DNA of 64,000 nt, taken from positions 637,699 to 701,698 of the forward strand of contig NMRA01000005.1 of assembly GCA_002633005.1 (NCBI GenBank), given 5' to 3'. This document shows, piece by piece, positions 37,183-50,722 of this stretch. This stretch comes from Phoronis australis (lineage: Eukaryota; Animalia; Phoronida). Position numbers and translations under genes: made by a program. Position 1 is the first letter of the stretch. Each line of letters begins with the position of its first letter. The notes under the pieces were generated by a model. That model was not told where the DNA came from and did not search any database. It worked only from the letters and a program-made list of their open reading frames with translations.

Positions 37183-39938
37183 CCCGCTCCGCAACATTGG
37201 TTGTCAAGTGACGACGCATATACCATTACGAAATGGCGTGATGACGGAAATATCATATTACCAGTGGTGGATCTACAATTTTATTTCCAGGAGTTCACTC
37301 ATGATTGATCTAAGTTCAAGACATAATCGATAGCACTAAAACTGGCATGCGAATGGTATCTTTTCACTGGTGTGTCCGTGAATAGTTAACCCCTGAACTC
37401 CTCCCGTACACCTGCCACTGGAGTACATTCGATGGTCTGACCGGACGTCCACCTGAGGACGTATGGCATAAGCTGGAATTGCGGGTAATCGTAGGAGTGT
37501 CATTTCGTACTACCAACGGGTGATAAAACGGTGATAAAACGGGTGAAACGTGTTATTATAATAAAATTTAATCGTATAGGTTTGGATCCACATGCCCTGT
37601 GTTCAACGACAGTTTAAAGCTTAGTTCGATTTTCATTTTATCCATCTAAACACGGCAAGATGCAGCTCAAGAACAAAACTGATAGATAGTGAAGCAAAAT
37701 GCAAGGTGTAACAGCCTCACCACTCGACAACCAAATAAATTTTGAAAAAGCAGACATTTTAATTGTGATCCATTGTTTTGATTTGTTATGTTGACGAAAT
37801 CGGTAATCACATACGCAGGCTACAAGGTCTTCTCTCACAACACAACTAAAATCGAAATGTTTTAAGGAAGCATTTTTGCAGTAAACTTCGAAGTTCGTTA
37901 TAAATAGTAAAATATCTAAAGTCTGTGGTCTTTTGAATAAAAATCTGATTGCGATTTCGATAGACTGTCTGGCACCAAGGGATGTTTGAAGATTCCATTT
38001 ATGCAAAAAAAAATTCTGTTCCAATTTTTTCTAGGTTGGGCCCTCTGGATCCCTAGAATGACGGGACTAGCAGGCTTCCAATAGTCTACGCCTCAGGCTT
38101 AAAAGAGCATGGGTTGTAGTTTTGCTTACCTTTTTTATTATTGGCACGATGCAGACTATATTCTGCCAATTGACATCATGAAATTTCCACACGACCATGC
38201 GGCAACCAGCTCCGGGAGGGAGGGGTCATTTCAAAAGAGAGTGTTAGACATACTAACTATCAGCAAATGCAGTTCACTGATAATAAAGCTCGCCTAAGTG
38301 TAACAAACTTATACCAGTTGTAGCTTGATCATTAAAAACTTACGTATCCTGGTTTCAACTGACCAGTTAACAGGCTCCCTAATTTGATTGACTATCCATC
38401 TGATGGGAGAGAGAGAGAGAGTGCCTTTACTCAAACGCAATAATTTTCGGCTCTGGTTTTCACGGCGTCTTTGTATCAGTAACCTTAATTACCTGGCGAC
38501 TCACATTTAAACGCAGGTTTCTACTGAACATCTCATTTTGGCTAGCCAAGTCATAGAAGAGATAGTGTTTGTGTGAAAGGCGTTTGTGATGCGTTCACAC
38601 GTTGTAGAATATTTAAAGCTGTCCATTTCGTCCCTCTTTAGCTGTCAATGTTGAATTCTCAATCTAAAAGCTTTTGATTCTCTAAAAGATTGTCGCGCTC
38701 ATCCGATCTTGAATTATTATGAAGAACCAGCAGCTACGGAATTCGAGTAGAGTTGACCGACTCCAATAAACTGAATAGACTGGGTCGCTTAAGGTTACGA
38801 TAATCTTGCTAGAAACAGAAATAGAATCCTATTACGGCAAGTAAAATTAGGAGACCAATTTCATGAGAGTAAACGTCCTATCCCGATTTTGGGAGATGGT
38901 AGTTATATGAGTCACAAATGTCTATTACAGCGTTCATTCGGTATGTACGTCTCCGGGCTCCAGCAGCGTGCAGAGGTTTGGTGATGCCCAGGGCGATTTT
39001 TATTAGATGTCCCTCTCTCTACCCAAATGCATGGACCCTAATACTACGAAAAGTAAAAAAGATGAAACATAATATAGAAAGCAATAACGTAAGTTTTTCA
39101 TAATTTTGCAAATGCAGGTGATAGATGAGAAAAATTTAGATTTTTTTTTAAAATCGCATCCACTTGATTATAGTGAGTCAAATTGACCAGGATCATGAAC
39201 GGCAAGTTGGTTTAAAGTAAGACCAGTAAACGTCTATCAAATGATGTGTTCTGATGGACGAAGGGTTTATAGCACATTTTTAATGAGAATTGCACAATAA
39301 AAACAGCATGACATGATCTGACACTTTTCCACTGCAAGGACACGTTTAGTTCAGTAATGCTCGAGTGACCCTGCACATCCATGCCAAGCATTGTAGGATG
39401 ACACGTGGTTTACTTCAATCTCCAGCAGCTGCCTACTGTTTTGGCAATTCGCCAAGTAACATTGCACATGCAGCAGGAGTAATGACAAGCGGAATCCTGG
39501 CAACATTGTAAAAAATGTCAAGTTTAAAAAGTCACATTTCTTGCTCTATATTCGAATTTCAAAAACCTAACTAGGAATAATTTTCACGGACTATTCAAAT
39601 ATGCTGTTTAAAAACTCTCTAAATTTAAAAAAAATAATATTGTCACCAGGAGAGAAGTGATTTCTGGGTTGGTAAAGAATTGATGGTTTGTTTTTCCTTG
39701 AGATCATGCTGCAGGAATAAAATGACAAGCGATGGCAGCCGACTTGTAGAGTCTGCTTTCAAGCAAACGAACAGTCAGTTCTTTCAAATGCCCGAGATCA
39801 CCTCCAGTTTGACTACGCACAACTTGAGGCCAATTTCCTAACATGATGTCTGAACCAAACACAGTTTTTATGATGTAAGGCGGGCTTATCGCCGCTTTAA
39901 AATACTTGCAATTGAAAAGTTTGAAAGATGTTGATTTG

Positions 39939-42900
39939 TCATATTATATTATCTCTGTTAGCTGGATGGAGCAACAATTTTCCGGTCACCATCAAATGGT
40001 CGGATGGGTACCATTCTTGATCGGGCACTTGATAAACTAAGTAAAACACATCTGAGAATATAAACCTCCATGCAATAAACGTTGCCAGTGATGCCAAAAG
40101 ACTGACAATGAAGTGTTGAAAGACGGGTAGATAACAAGAGGCCACCTTGGCTGCTGTGCTGAGTCTCAGCTTGCGCGTGTATTTCCCCATTTCCGGTGCG
40201 TACAGTTCCGGGTGACACAGGCAGCAATTGAAACCGAATCTGGTACGCAGGTCATAGTCATGGAATGTATTGACCAACAGCAGTCCCCTTAGTACTGCGT
40301 GAAGAAAAGACGCCATGCATATAATAATGGAGACAACTGCAGCACAAAAATATGTGAACGAAGAAGGAGAGCACTCGCTACAGTAAGGAATGTTGCATGA
40401 CCTCCTTGTTTTGTCCTTGACACAGATACCACAACGACATATGCCATTGGGGCCACAGTCATGTAAGCAAGGATATCCTTCCGTTCCATAGTAACTGTCT
40501 CTGGCAGTCCCAATCACAGTCCAGAAGCGATAAAAATACAGATGAACTGAGAACCTTTTGGCATACATGTCACCTCTTCCGGTCAAAGACACTTTTTGTA
40601 CTGCATACTGTGCGACCATTATTCGATCTGGACGACTCACAAGCTTTGTGGAATGTTCCTGAAATAGAAACAGTTTTAACGAAATAATCATTTTGAAGTA
40701 AAACTATCACTACTCTATGACACAAGATTAAGAATAAAGTTTGCAGTTGCGGTCATGTTAAATCTAGACCAGAAGCTGTGACTGAACTCAAATTGTACAA
40801 AATTAGGAGTTCTAACAACTCATCAATTATGATCAGTACAGTTTAAATGCTAAATTTGATAATGTACATGTACTTGCCATCCTTAAAAGGAACTTCATTT
40901 GCTTTAGTTTTTCGTTTACAAAGCTAGTATCAACCTTGTTCCTTAATCTGATTAGCATTGGTTTTTTTGGCTTCAATATTTATGCCATGAGGATAACGTT
41001 AACAAAACTTGCTACACCAAGACTAGGCTAGACAAAGTGCTTTAGTCTCTTAGCACGAAGGACTTCTGACGGCAGCAGGGTATGCCCTAGCCAAGCAGCA
41101 ACTCGAGTCTATTCATAAAGACATACTTGAGTGAACCGAGCGTGTAAATCTTTGTTAGAAAGTAGCACCAGTAATTATTTCTACCAGATGAGGTTTATTG
41201 CCTTGCAAACTCAAAAGGTATGTTAATGCTCTGTCTGCAGGCGACAGGAGTGAGTTACTTACTATATCACGGTAGGTGTAGCCAGGCCTTTTGGAATGTG
41301 TTGCTGACCACGCATCCAAGAACAGGTTTGCATCTGTTCGCAGCAAGTCTTTGAAATATCCAAAGCACGAAGACTTATTGAGGAGTGTGTATGTGGTCAT
41401 GACCTTGATGGGCTCTTCTGATTTCTTTGTGGTGATGTTAAAATTACCCATAACAATGACATGGTGCAGACGTTCATCTGAAACAAGGAACAAAATTTCA
41501 TTTTTCCTCAATTTCAGTCGAACGTTAAAAAAGAAGCAACGTGACTGAAACGTTAATCAACAAGGATTTGTCACAGGGTCACCAAAGGCCAGTTTCATAA
41601 GAAGTGACGTGTGACACAATTTTATTTTATGGTCCCACTTCACAATTTCCAAATAAAGATTTAGTTACGTAATTATTAGAACATCATCAACTGGAAATAA
41701 TTTCAACATTTTTTCTCAGCAAGTAACAATATGGATCAATTTCAGATACTTTTTCATTTGCTAAAAGTGAGATTAAATTGTTTTTCAGAAATAGTTAAGT
41801 GGGAGCATAAGACCAAATTTCTGTCAAAAGTCTTGAGTCACTTTTCATGAAACAGACTCCAAATTGTCACGGCTTTATTTTATGGCATTGAATTGTTTAA
41901 TATGTAAAGACAAGCCACATCTTAGAAACACTTTATTTCTAACACATCTGAACATGATCAATTAATTACAATTCCCAAATTGTTAGCAAAACTATACCTG
42001 CCCAAAAACTTACCATTAATGAATTTCATTATCTTCGCGACACTTTGGCATTGTTCTCTCAAGTCATGTGACAGATGGGTGACAATGACATTGATAGTGC
42101 CCACTCCTACCACCCCCAAATGATAGTACAGCATAGACACTCGTCTAGGATTGAGCTTTCTTCCTCTGCTGGATAGCTCAGTGCTTGTATCAACCACCAA
42201 GTCGACCTTTGAACTTCTTATAATGGGATGCTTGCTAAGAATGCCAAATCCTGAAAATAAACTCAGTCTCTAAATGTAATGCAAGAGTAGAGTTCATAGT
42301 CAAAAAAGTCTGCACTCAATGTCTACACAGGACTGGGGATTATGTGTTGAGTGGCCAGATTGAGTATGGTTTCAATGAGTACGATCCACTGCCACATGAG
42401 CCTTTCAGCAAGTTGCCCCGTCTCAACCAAATGCGCAGATAGGCGAGTTGGATCCTTTTCTGTTCTTGACCTAGTTAATCCTTAAGTTCATCACTACAGT
42501 TAAATGACATTATCAGAAAACAGTTTTAACAAGTGAAGTCCTGCATTTGGAAGACATTTCAGGGGAATGTTTACTGAAATTGCAATGGGTGCAATGGCCT
42601 CTGAACTGTCCATCATCGAGGTTTGATTTATTCAAATTCAAAATGATTCTGATTCAGGATTCGAGTGTCATATTTCAGGCATGAAACAAGGTATGTACCA
42701 TAGCCAGTGGGGTATGGATTCTAACCAAAAGCCTTCATTGTTTGTTGATAGTGTTTTGTCACCTTTGTTATGCACAAAACTACCACTGAACTAGTACCCT
42801 GTTCTTAAAATACCATACCAATACTTTAATAGCTGAGTACTTACTCATTTAAATGCCTTATACTAACCTGACATTCTCCAACCATAATGCAGATAGCTGT

Positions 42901-43571
42901 GTTCTGGATAGCTCACTTTGTTGATTGGATGGTAGTCAGAGTAGACGTAAGATGGTACAAGTTTCTGGAGGTCAGAGATCTGAGAATACTGCAGAGTCAT
43001 ATCTAAACTGGTGCCTCGAACATCGTGTAAAGCTATGACATCAGGGTCCTGTTCTCTTATCTGCAAAACAAAAGAAGATGAGACATGGGTAATTTGCAGT
43101 ACATACATCTATATTAGTAGGTTTCTGGTAAATAGCCACTTATAATGGTTCCACATTAAGAACCAGGTTTCTCCACAAAATAACAGACATCAAGTGGTTC
43201 TCAAAATAGGGTAACCTGAAAGTGACTATAGCCAGTTTTTTAATAAATTATTTACAAAACATTTTAGCAAACTTAGAAATCGCTTAGAATACCGTGAAAT
43301 TCACTAACATTTAAAAAGAATGCAGATGGTCTGTTGTCATTTGCAGTGTATCATACGTGTGCAGGTGTGTACACTCATAAAAAAATCATTTTGCAGACAA
43401 AAAGTTAATTTCACACACCATTTGCGATATTCTGAGTTTACGAACGTCCCAACTGAACCTCAGATTCCACAAACTGTAAGTGCTGACGACTATTGGGTTG
43501 TCAGTGAAATCGCTTTGGCAAAATACATAAAACGTTGGCAACAACAAGATCAACAGCCCAGCTGTGCCCAT
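39939..43571 (-). CDS. Uncharacterised EEP (endonuclease/exonuclease/phosphatase)-fold membrane protein, about 505 aa; exons 43571-43419, 43060-42868, 42250-42014, 41477-41263, 40658-39939
   Basis: Signal-peptide-like N-terminus. EEP-type motifs in order: STYSLWN, DPDVIALHDV, GFGILSKHPI, VTHLS, VIVMGNFN, FLDAW, GYTY, SRPDRI, PSDH. All introns are GT-AG, phases 0/1/1/0, total 1518 nt. Confidence 0.85.
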
Positions 43572-43904
43572 ATCTTGTTTCTTTAACTCTCAGCGGAACC
43601 CAACGCCGTCATCAGACGGAGTAAATTCGTGGGTAAAAATCTATCATGGTTCTTCCACTCTTGTTGTACCGTGACCTATATACGGGACATGATCCTTTAT
43701 TTTATTGTTTTCCATTAAAAGAGAGCCATAGTCAGAGCTCGCTGGTTCCCTGCGTGCTCAGCCTATCCAAAGGCACGCAAGGAACCAGCGAAAAGTCAAG
43801 GCTCTTCTGACAACAGAGGTAAAAACGTGTTAGTTCGGATAGGAAGTTGTTTACTAGAGAATTGAGAATTACGCTGATTTTATTCCCAGTTCAGTTTGGT
43901 TGAC
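43572..43904. promoter_or_regulatory. Candidate bidirectional promoter between the EEP gene and PRPF18, containing an inverted repeat
   Basis: Divergent ATGs about 335 bp apart. Hairpin cgctggttccctgcgtgc / gcacgcaaggaaccagcg at 43740-43790. Confidence 0.55.
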
Positions 43905-46900
43905 ATGGATTTCTTACGGGCTGAGATAGAAAAGAAGAAAAAACAATTACAGAAGACAAATGTCATAGTAAGTCCGTGATTAGTGAGTTGTGTAGCTAGC
44001 GCTAGTAGGATAGCCAGGCAGAAGACATCGTCAAATTGAAAATACAGCTGGTAACAGGTAACACTCTCTGAGTCTAATGTCTAAGCTCCAAATGGACTTC
44101 GAAATTTTACACCACCCGGGTAGTAGTGCTGTGTGACATAATTTGAATTTCTTTGTTAAAATTGTACTTATCACTGGTTACTAACCGCTTTTGTACAACA
44201 AGTAATCTATCACTTACTGTTATCGAACAGGAGACTGGCAAAACTTATTTTAAACGAGGCGACTTGGCAGCGAAACAAGAAGAAGAGTATTGGAAGAAGC
44301 GCAAACGATTGAAGACAGACCATGAATCAACACAGGTAAATAAAGAGAGGCGTAATGTCAGAGAAATGACAGGAAATTTAGGGAGGTGGCTAAGCCTTTG
44401 TACAATTGGTATTTGCTGCCGTAATAGAACTTTATAAGTCAGTCATTTTTGATGTTAACAGAATTAGCCGTCATGACGGGAAACAGTATTTTGTCTTAAT
44501 TTTGCCATGAAATTTTAAAATACTGACAATTCAAACGTGAAAAGTCATTTAAATTCCAGTCAGCGTTTTGTTTCTTTGAGGTTTGGTCATTTTCTGTGTC
44601 TTTAATCATCAATTTTCAGAGTTCTGAAGCAAGCACTAGCACAGACTCCAGTAATTTATTGCTACCAATTTCCCCTGATGACAAAAACGGCAAGTCAATT
44701 TTACCCAGAAAGGAGGTGGTGAGGAGGCTGCGCGAACGTCTGGAACCAATCAGATTGTTTGGAGAGTCGGACTATGAGGCTTTCCAGCGTCTGAAAAAGT
44801 TGGAAATTTTAGAACCAGAAGTCAATAAGGTAATTACTATTTGAAATACACTGATAAATTCCTGGAACTTTTTACATTGTTTGGTGGTATTAACAGGGAT
44901 ATACATTTGTAACTCGATTGCGTAATGGGGGATTTTCCCAGTAAACAAATTTTTAATATCATTTTTGACAGATGGCATATCATGGGATTACCGCAACTGT
45001 ATTTGAGCAAAGTCAATATTTTCTGTTTGTATCTTACTATCATGTCCCAGCATTTGCAAAGTCAACTTTGGATAAAAACGGCATTTTTCAGCAGTTACCG
45101 CATAATGCTAAGTCTTGTGATCAGTTACAGCAGTTCTTATTGTTTTCAGGGTTTTCGAAATGAATTGAAAGCAGCTTTTGATAAAGTTGATCAGGAGTTT
45201 ATTAATGAAGTGGCCGCAGCTCAAGCTAGCAACAAAACAAAAACAGCTGACGTAAAGGTGAAGGACGCTGGGGCAACCAAAGAAGACATCGAGGAAATGA
45301 AGGCGAATCTTGGCAAAGGCGACAATGGCAAGGACAGTGAAATAATGCTCAAGTTTTTCAAGGTAGTGTTTGTCGCTTGTTAAGTTATGCTTGTACGACT
45401 TTGTAGAAAGTGTAAGAACTTTAAACTCTGTTGTTTAGTTTGTGTGTTACTATGAATAATTGTTGTTACTATGTGACTCTTATTGTTAACCTCTGTGGAT
45501 TTGATGGTACTGCACAGCTTTGTTCAGAGCTCTTGTGTGTGTCATTTTTTTAATTTCCAGTCCATTATTTTTGGTCTCTTTCTCCTCACATGCCAGTCCT
45601 TGCAATGCATGCTTGCCTAGCAAATTACACTCTACCAGGGTTTCACACAATACACTCAGCAACTGTTACTTTCACTTTGGGCTGGGTACACAGATAACCA
45701 ATGTGAATACCGTGAATAATTCAGCCTTCGTAAATTTTTTTAATTTCTCCAATGACGAGGAGTCCAACAACCCCTGTGGGTTAACCATTGTCCATCTCTA
45801 AATTTCTCCTGGTGTGCTCGCCAAAACTGTTACGGCTCTGTCAGCCAAAGTCAGTTATACTTGATGTGAAGAAACCCTCAGTAGGCTGTCCAGTGTTAAA
45901 CTAAACTCAAGACAGGACAAACACCAGGACACCTTTAAAACTAGCTGGGTACCTTAATTTCTGGCATTTACTTTAACACCAAAGTTTCTTAATTTCGGAC
46001 TATGTTAATTAAAAACATGCCTTGTATGTGACTTAGAATTAGGCATCTTTTCTGAGCATTTTCTGAATATTTCCTGCTTAATTTTCAGTTGTTGCTCCAG
46101 TTGTGGGGTGAAGAGTTGAACTGTCGGACTATGGAAGAAAAAAGGACTAACGCTGGGAAGTTGGCTAGTGCAAAACACTCACAGACTGTGTCCTATCTTA
46201 AACCGTTGTTTAAAAAATTAAAAAATAAGGTAAATTATCATTCCCAAGAAGTTTCAGGTTTAGTCTTGTAGTTATCTGATGTCCACTCAAAGCGGTGATA
46301 AACTTTTCTTCCATCACAAAATAATGACTTTTGATTTAGACTACTTACCATTATGAAATTGGTCTTGAATTGTTCCTTAGTCAAATTGAAAATGATTTCA
46401 GGGCTTCGATAGAACTCACAGCTTGTTATTGCTTGTGTCCAGGCTTTTGATTGGTTAATAAAATCCACATGATCATATCCAATCATATCATTGGCTGTTA
46501 CAGCTTGTTCTCAGAATTTTCTAGATTCTCTAGAGTACTTTGACCCCAGAACCCAAAATTGTAAACACCATCTAAAAATAGATTTTGACGTTAAAATACA
46601 TGTCAACAAGTCTGACCCCATGATTTAAAAGTACATATACACAAATTTTGGGCAACTTAAAATGGATCTATTCTTACTAATTACTTATTCAATATTTATT
46701 CTGACAGTGACCAGGCTTTTGAAGTAAGCTTTTCACGGTGTGTCATTACCAACTCAGATCTTTAGAAACCCGCAACTTAGTTGAGAGTTATGTTATAGCA
46801 TTAGCAGCGGGTGGTCAAAGTCAAAAGTTCATTTGGTGGGCGAAACACAGTTTAATAATCACTTTAATGACAGAGTTTTGAAACTGGACTATGTTTTATT

Positions 46901-49900
46901 TGGCTCTTTCGATTGTTTTGATGCACGCTCAGCCACGGCATTGCAATTTTTTAAATTGCTTGGTAAAGCCTTTATGCCCAATCCCTAATTTTTGAGCTCC
47001 CCAATTTAAGCCCTTGTGCATTAACCAAGACGAGTGGTGTATAGTGTTTGTGTGCTTATGTTTCATGGTATTACCTAATTACCTTGGCATTCTTATTGGG
47101 TCCATGTTGGCTCTTGTGAGGTTTTTACGGTTATTCAAACATAAAAATTATTAGAAGAACAATCACCAATTGAAAATTGTTTCTTACAGAATCTCGATTC
47201 CCAGATTTTGGTATGCATTCGAGATGTGGTGAAGTTTCTGCTGGAAAGAGAGTATTTACGGGTAAATAGTTTTTACTTGGCGGAATTCTTCCACCAAGTA
47301 TGTTGGTCTGACAAGTTTTTTTTTTCTTTTTTTGTTTGTTCGCTCTCTACAGGTCACAATTTTCGTCCGATTTTCACGAAATTTGCACACAACGTGTAGA
47401 TCGGGAACTGCTAGAACGCTATTGTTTTTGGTCATGATCGGATACAAAATGGCGGACGTGGCGGCCATTTTGTATGCGATTTCACAGTCAAATACTCGTA
47501 GAGGCTGCATTTTTCGACCTACATGGCTGAAAATCGGTACGAATATACTAGAACGCATGTGCTACAATTGTGCAGAAAATCGTTGACTTCCGGTTAAAGA
47601 TGGCGGAAATATTGGACGTGGCACATGCGCACCCCGAAATATGGCCAAAAACGTTTTCTCCTGTAGAGGGCGTATTTGCAAACGAATTACTTTCAAACTG
47701 GTCACGTGTTTGTTGAGTTTAATAAGCTTTTATAAAAAATTATTGAACCGGAAATCACTTTCAAGATGGCGGCTGTGGGGCATGTTCACACGGTTTCAAT
47801 CGCTTTGGTGTCGCATTTTTTATGGGAAGAGCAAATGACGTGAATTTTTGCATGTGGATTCCTTGAAGTATGGCCTTTCAAAGAGTCTGCGAGAGCGTAT
47901 TTCTCAGACTTACCGTTTTCGAGTTATTTGACGGCAAATTTTCAATTTTCTCGAAAAATTTTTGGATTTTTGCCAAACTACCACTTTAGATAGAGTTTTG
48001 AACGGGCTTTCAGGAGATATTTTCCATTTTGCGCTGCGACGTCTACTTTTTGAATTATTCGAGATTTTCGGATACCGTTGTTCCTTCGGTCACACGCAGC
48101 TGGCTGGCTTTCAGCTCACTTTGTTTTGGTTATGCCTAGTTGACCCAGACTGACCCAGTCAGCGCTGTCCTACTGCAGACTGGACCGTCATGTTGCGCCA
48201 TCTATTGTTCTTTATTGTGGTTGATTGTATGCTCTCTATTTGATTTCTTCGCTAGTCACATGAATGTTATCGTGTTTGCCAAACTACCACTTTAGATAGA
48301 GTTTTGAACGGGCTTTCATTCTTTATTGTAGTTGATTGTATGCTCTCTATTTGATTTCTACGCTAGTCACATGAATGATATCGTGTTCGTCGTCTTTTCG
48401 ATTAATTCCGCCAAGTGTCGCTCCTCCAAGCGCTCTCGTTTTATTTTTTGTTGTTAAGGATTCACTGCATTGAAAATGTCTGGATTTTGGCTCAATACCT
48501 TATCAATCAAAGATTAATAGACCTAATGCATTGAAGAGATTTGTGAATTAAAACTAAGGGAGATCTTTAGACCTCAACAAAATTCTTTTTTATGCAAATT
48601 ACATCATTATATCCACACAAAACAGGAAAATTTCTTTCATAATGAACCCAAAATTAAGTGTATAATCATTGGAGCAAAGGTTTACTGGCTTGGATTTGAG
48701 TTAAAGTTTGATTTTAATTTTAAAATATGAACATGTTTCCAGTTACCACCTTCATTCAGACAAAAAACAGTCAAAATTCTAGATAATTAGCAAAAATCTT
48801 CCATTCTCCAGATCAAACCATGAAGTCCAAGAATGTCTTTGATTGTTTTTACGTCATTGTTTTGACATCCTGTGCTAGGGTTTGATGAAAATATTTTTCA
48901 GGCAAATGATGCATACTTAGAAATGGCCATTGGCAATGCTCCCTGGCCCATAGGTGTCACTATGGTTGGAATTCACGCTCGTACTGGACGTGAAAAAATT
49001 CATGACAAAAATGTGGCTCATGTTCTAAATGACGAGACGCAACGAAAGTACATACAGGTGAGTCGAATGAATGCATGGTCTTGTAAAGTCCAGCATAATG
49101 ATTTGACTGTTAAGTGATAACCTATCTGTCACTATTATGATTTGGAACCACAAATAGGAATACAAAAAATGCAGTCACATCACATTTTCAAACATTTTGC
49201 AAGTCTTGGATTTTTCTCCAATTCAGGTAACCACGGAGGCAATTTAGCACTTTAAATTTTTACAAAACCACTGTTTGGATCAGTGGGTTTGCTCCAAAAA
49301 TGATTGTACCCATTGTATGCTCCCAAGTTGGTGACAGGGATTATGACTGACCGGGTCCATAGTCGTTCACATAATAATTCCGTCATTTTGACAATAAAGA
49401 TGTATACCCATCACAGTACACAATGTTCATCCCCAAGGACAGTGTAAGTGTTTTCCTATTCTTTCTAATTTAGGTTAGCCAGCAGAGAATAAAAATTTTT
49501 TAACAAAAAAGACTGCATTCCACATGTTGAATTTTGCATTGTTCATCATAGGCAGATCCAGGGGTCAAAGAGTCCAGACCCACCTTTTCCTTGACTTTAG
49601 TAATGTTAAATCTAGAAATTTCAAATTGTTGACTTGGACCCCCTTTTTAAAAAAATCCTTGATATGCCTCACCCCTTTTAAAACATCCTGGACCATCCCT
49701 GTTCATTGCATGATTGTTCTTTATGTCTGAAGAAATAAAATGCATTCATTAAGTACACAAAAATTCCAGTTGACTGACACCCAAGTAACCAGTTATTTAC
49801 AGCCACACCGCGTAACTCTGGGTGAACGTTTTTGCAGGATGAGTTAAAAAAGAGGGTGACATCTCATCAATTATCTAGATAAGCACAGAACAATAGAACT

Positions 49901-50071
49901 AAACAAACATGTTTTGTTCGGTGACAATGACTGGTGTTTATTTCGAGGTCAATTTCTCTAGAGCTGCCTCTATTTTATTCGCAGGGTTTGAAGCGGCTGA
50001 TGACCAAATGTCAGGATTTATTCCCCACAGATCCCTCTAGGATGGTCAACTACCAGAGGCCAAAGGAGTGA
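43905..50071 (+). CDS. PRPF18: Pre-mRNA splicing factor 18, about 348 aa; exons 43905-43967, 44231-44335, 44620-44829, 45150-45362, 46089-46229, 47190-47261, 48902-49057, 49985-50071
   Basis: [12 protein letters not shown] start, PRP4-like [22 protein letters not shown], and Prp18 core [33 protein letters not shown]...[24 protein letters not shown]. All introns are GT-AG, phase 0. Confidence 0.97.
47270..48440. mobile_element. Helentron-associated (HINE/DINE-1-like) non-autonomous element in PRPF18 intron 6
   Basis: 5' acttggcggaatt with adjacent partial complement ccaccaagt, a matching 3' subterminal inverted copy aattccgccaagt, a short terminal stem-loop, T-run flanks and internal direct duplications. 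Confidence 0.6.
49547..49701. mobile_element. MITE related to family A termini
   Basis: cataggcagatccagg...cctggaccatccctg with perfect 5-bp TSD ttcat. Confidence 0.8.
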
Positions 50072-50566
50072 TAGATGTTAGCTGAAGTGCGATGTTTGGA
50101 AAGTCGTTATGCCTTGATCAAATTCTCCCTGCTGTTGGGAATTTTTGGACTACTATAATAAGTAGAACTGTATGCTATTGGCCACTTGATTGTCATAAGA
50201 AAATCAGCGTTTTTCAAGGCACCCTGCACTTCGTCAATAGATTTGTAGAAGAACCACAGACATCGGTTCTCATTATCACAATCACCATGACCTAACAGTG
50301 ATAAAACACTGGCCGAAATAAATTGCAATTTGTTACCCTGAAGCTATTGAGTTTGGCTTCTGAAATTGAATTCCTTGTGAAAAGTGAGGTTGGGATCATT
50401 TTGCTCAAAGAAATGTAACAAAAGTTAGTCAAAAACGGTGTAATTGGATTTGGTTTGTTGACCAACATTTCTATCTTGATAGGCCTGCTCATCTTTCTGT
50501 AGTCATCATGATATACAGTGTATAATTGGATTGGGAGTCATGATGTGAGGACTGACTCTATGTACT

Positions 50567-50722
50567 CAAGAGCGGATCCAGGATTTTGAGTTAGGGGGGC
50601 CAAGACAGAGTATTAGCCAGGATTTTGCTCGTCAGACATTCGCACCACCGATGTGCCAAATGGAATATGGGAGGATTTTAGGGGGGGCATGGCCTCCTTG
50701 GACCCCCTTAAATCCGCCACTG
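50567..50722. mobile_element. MITE family A
   Basis: TIRs with perfect 5-bp TSD gtact. Confidence 0.88.
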
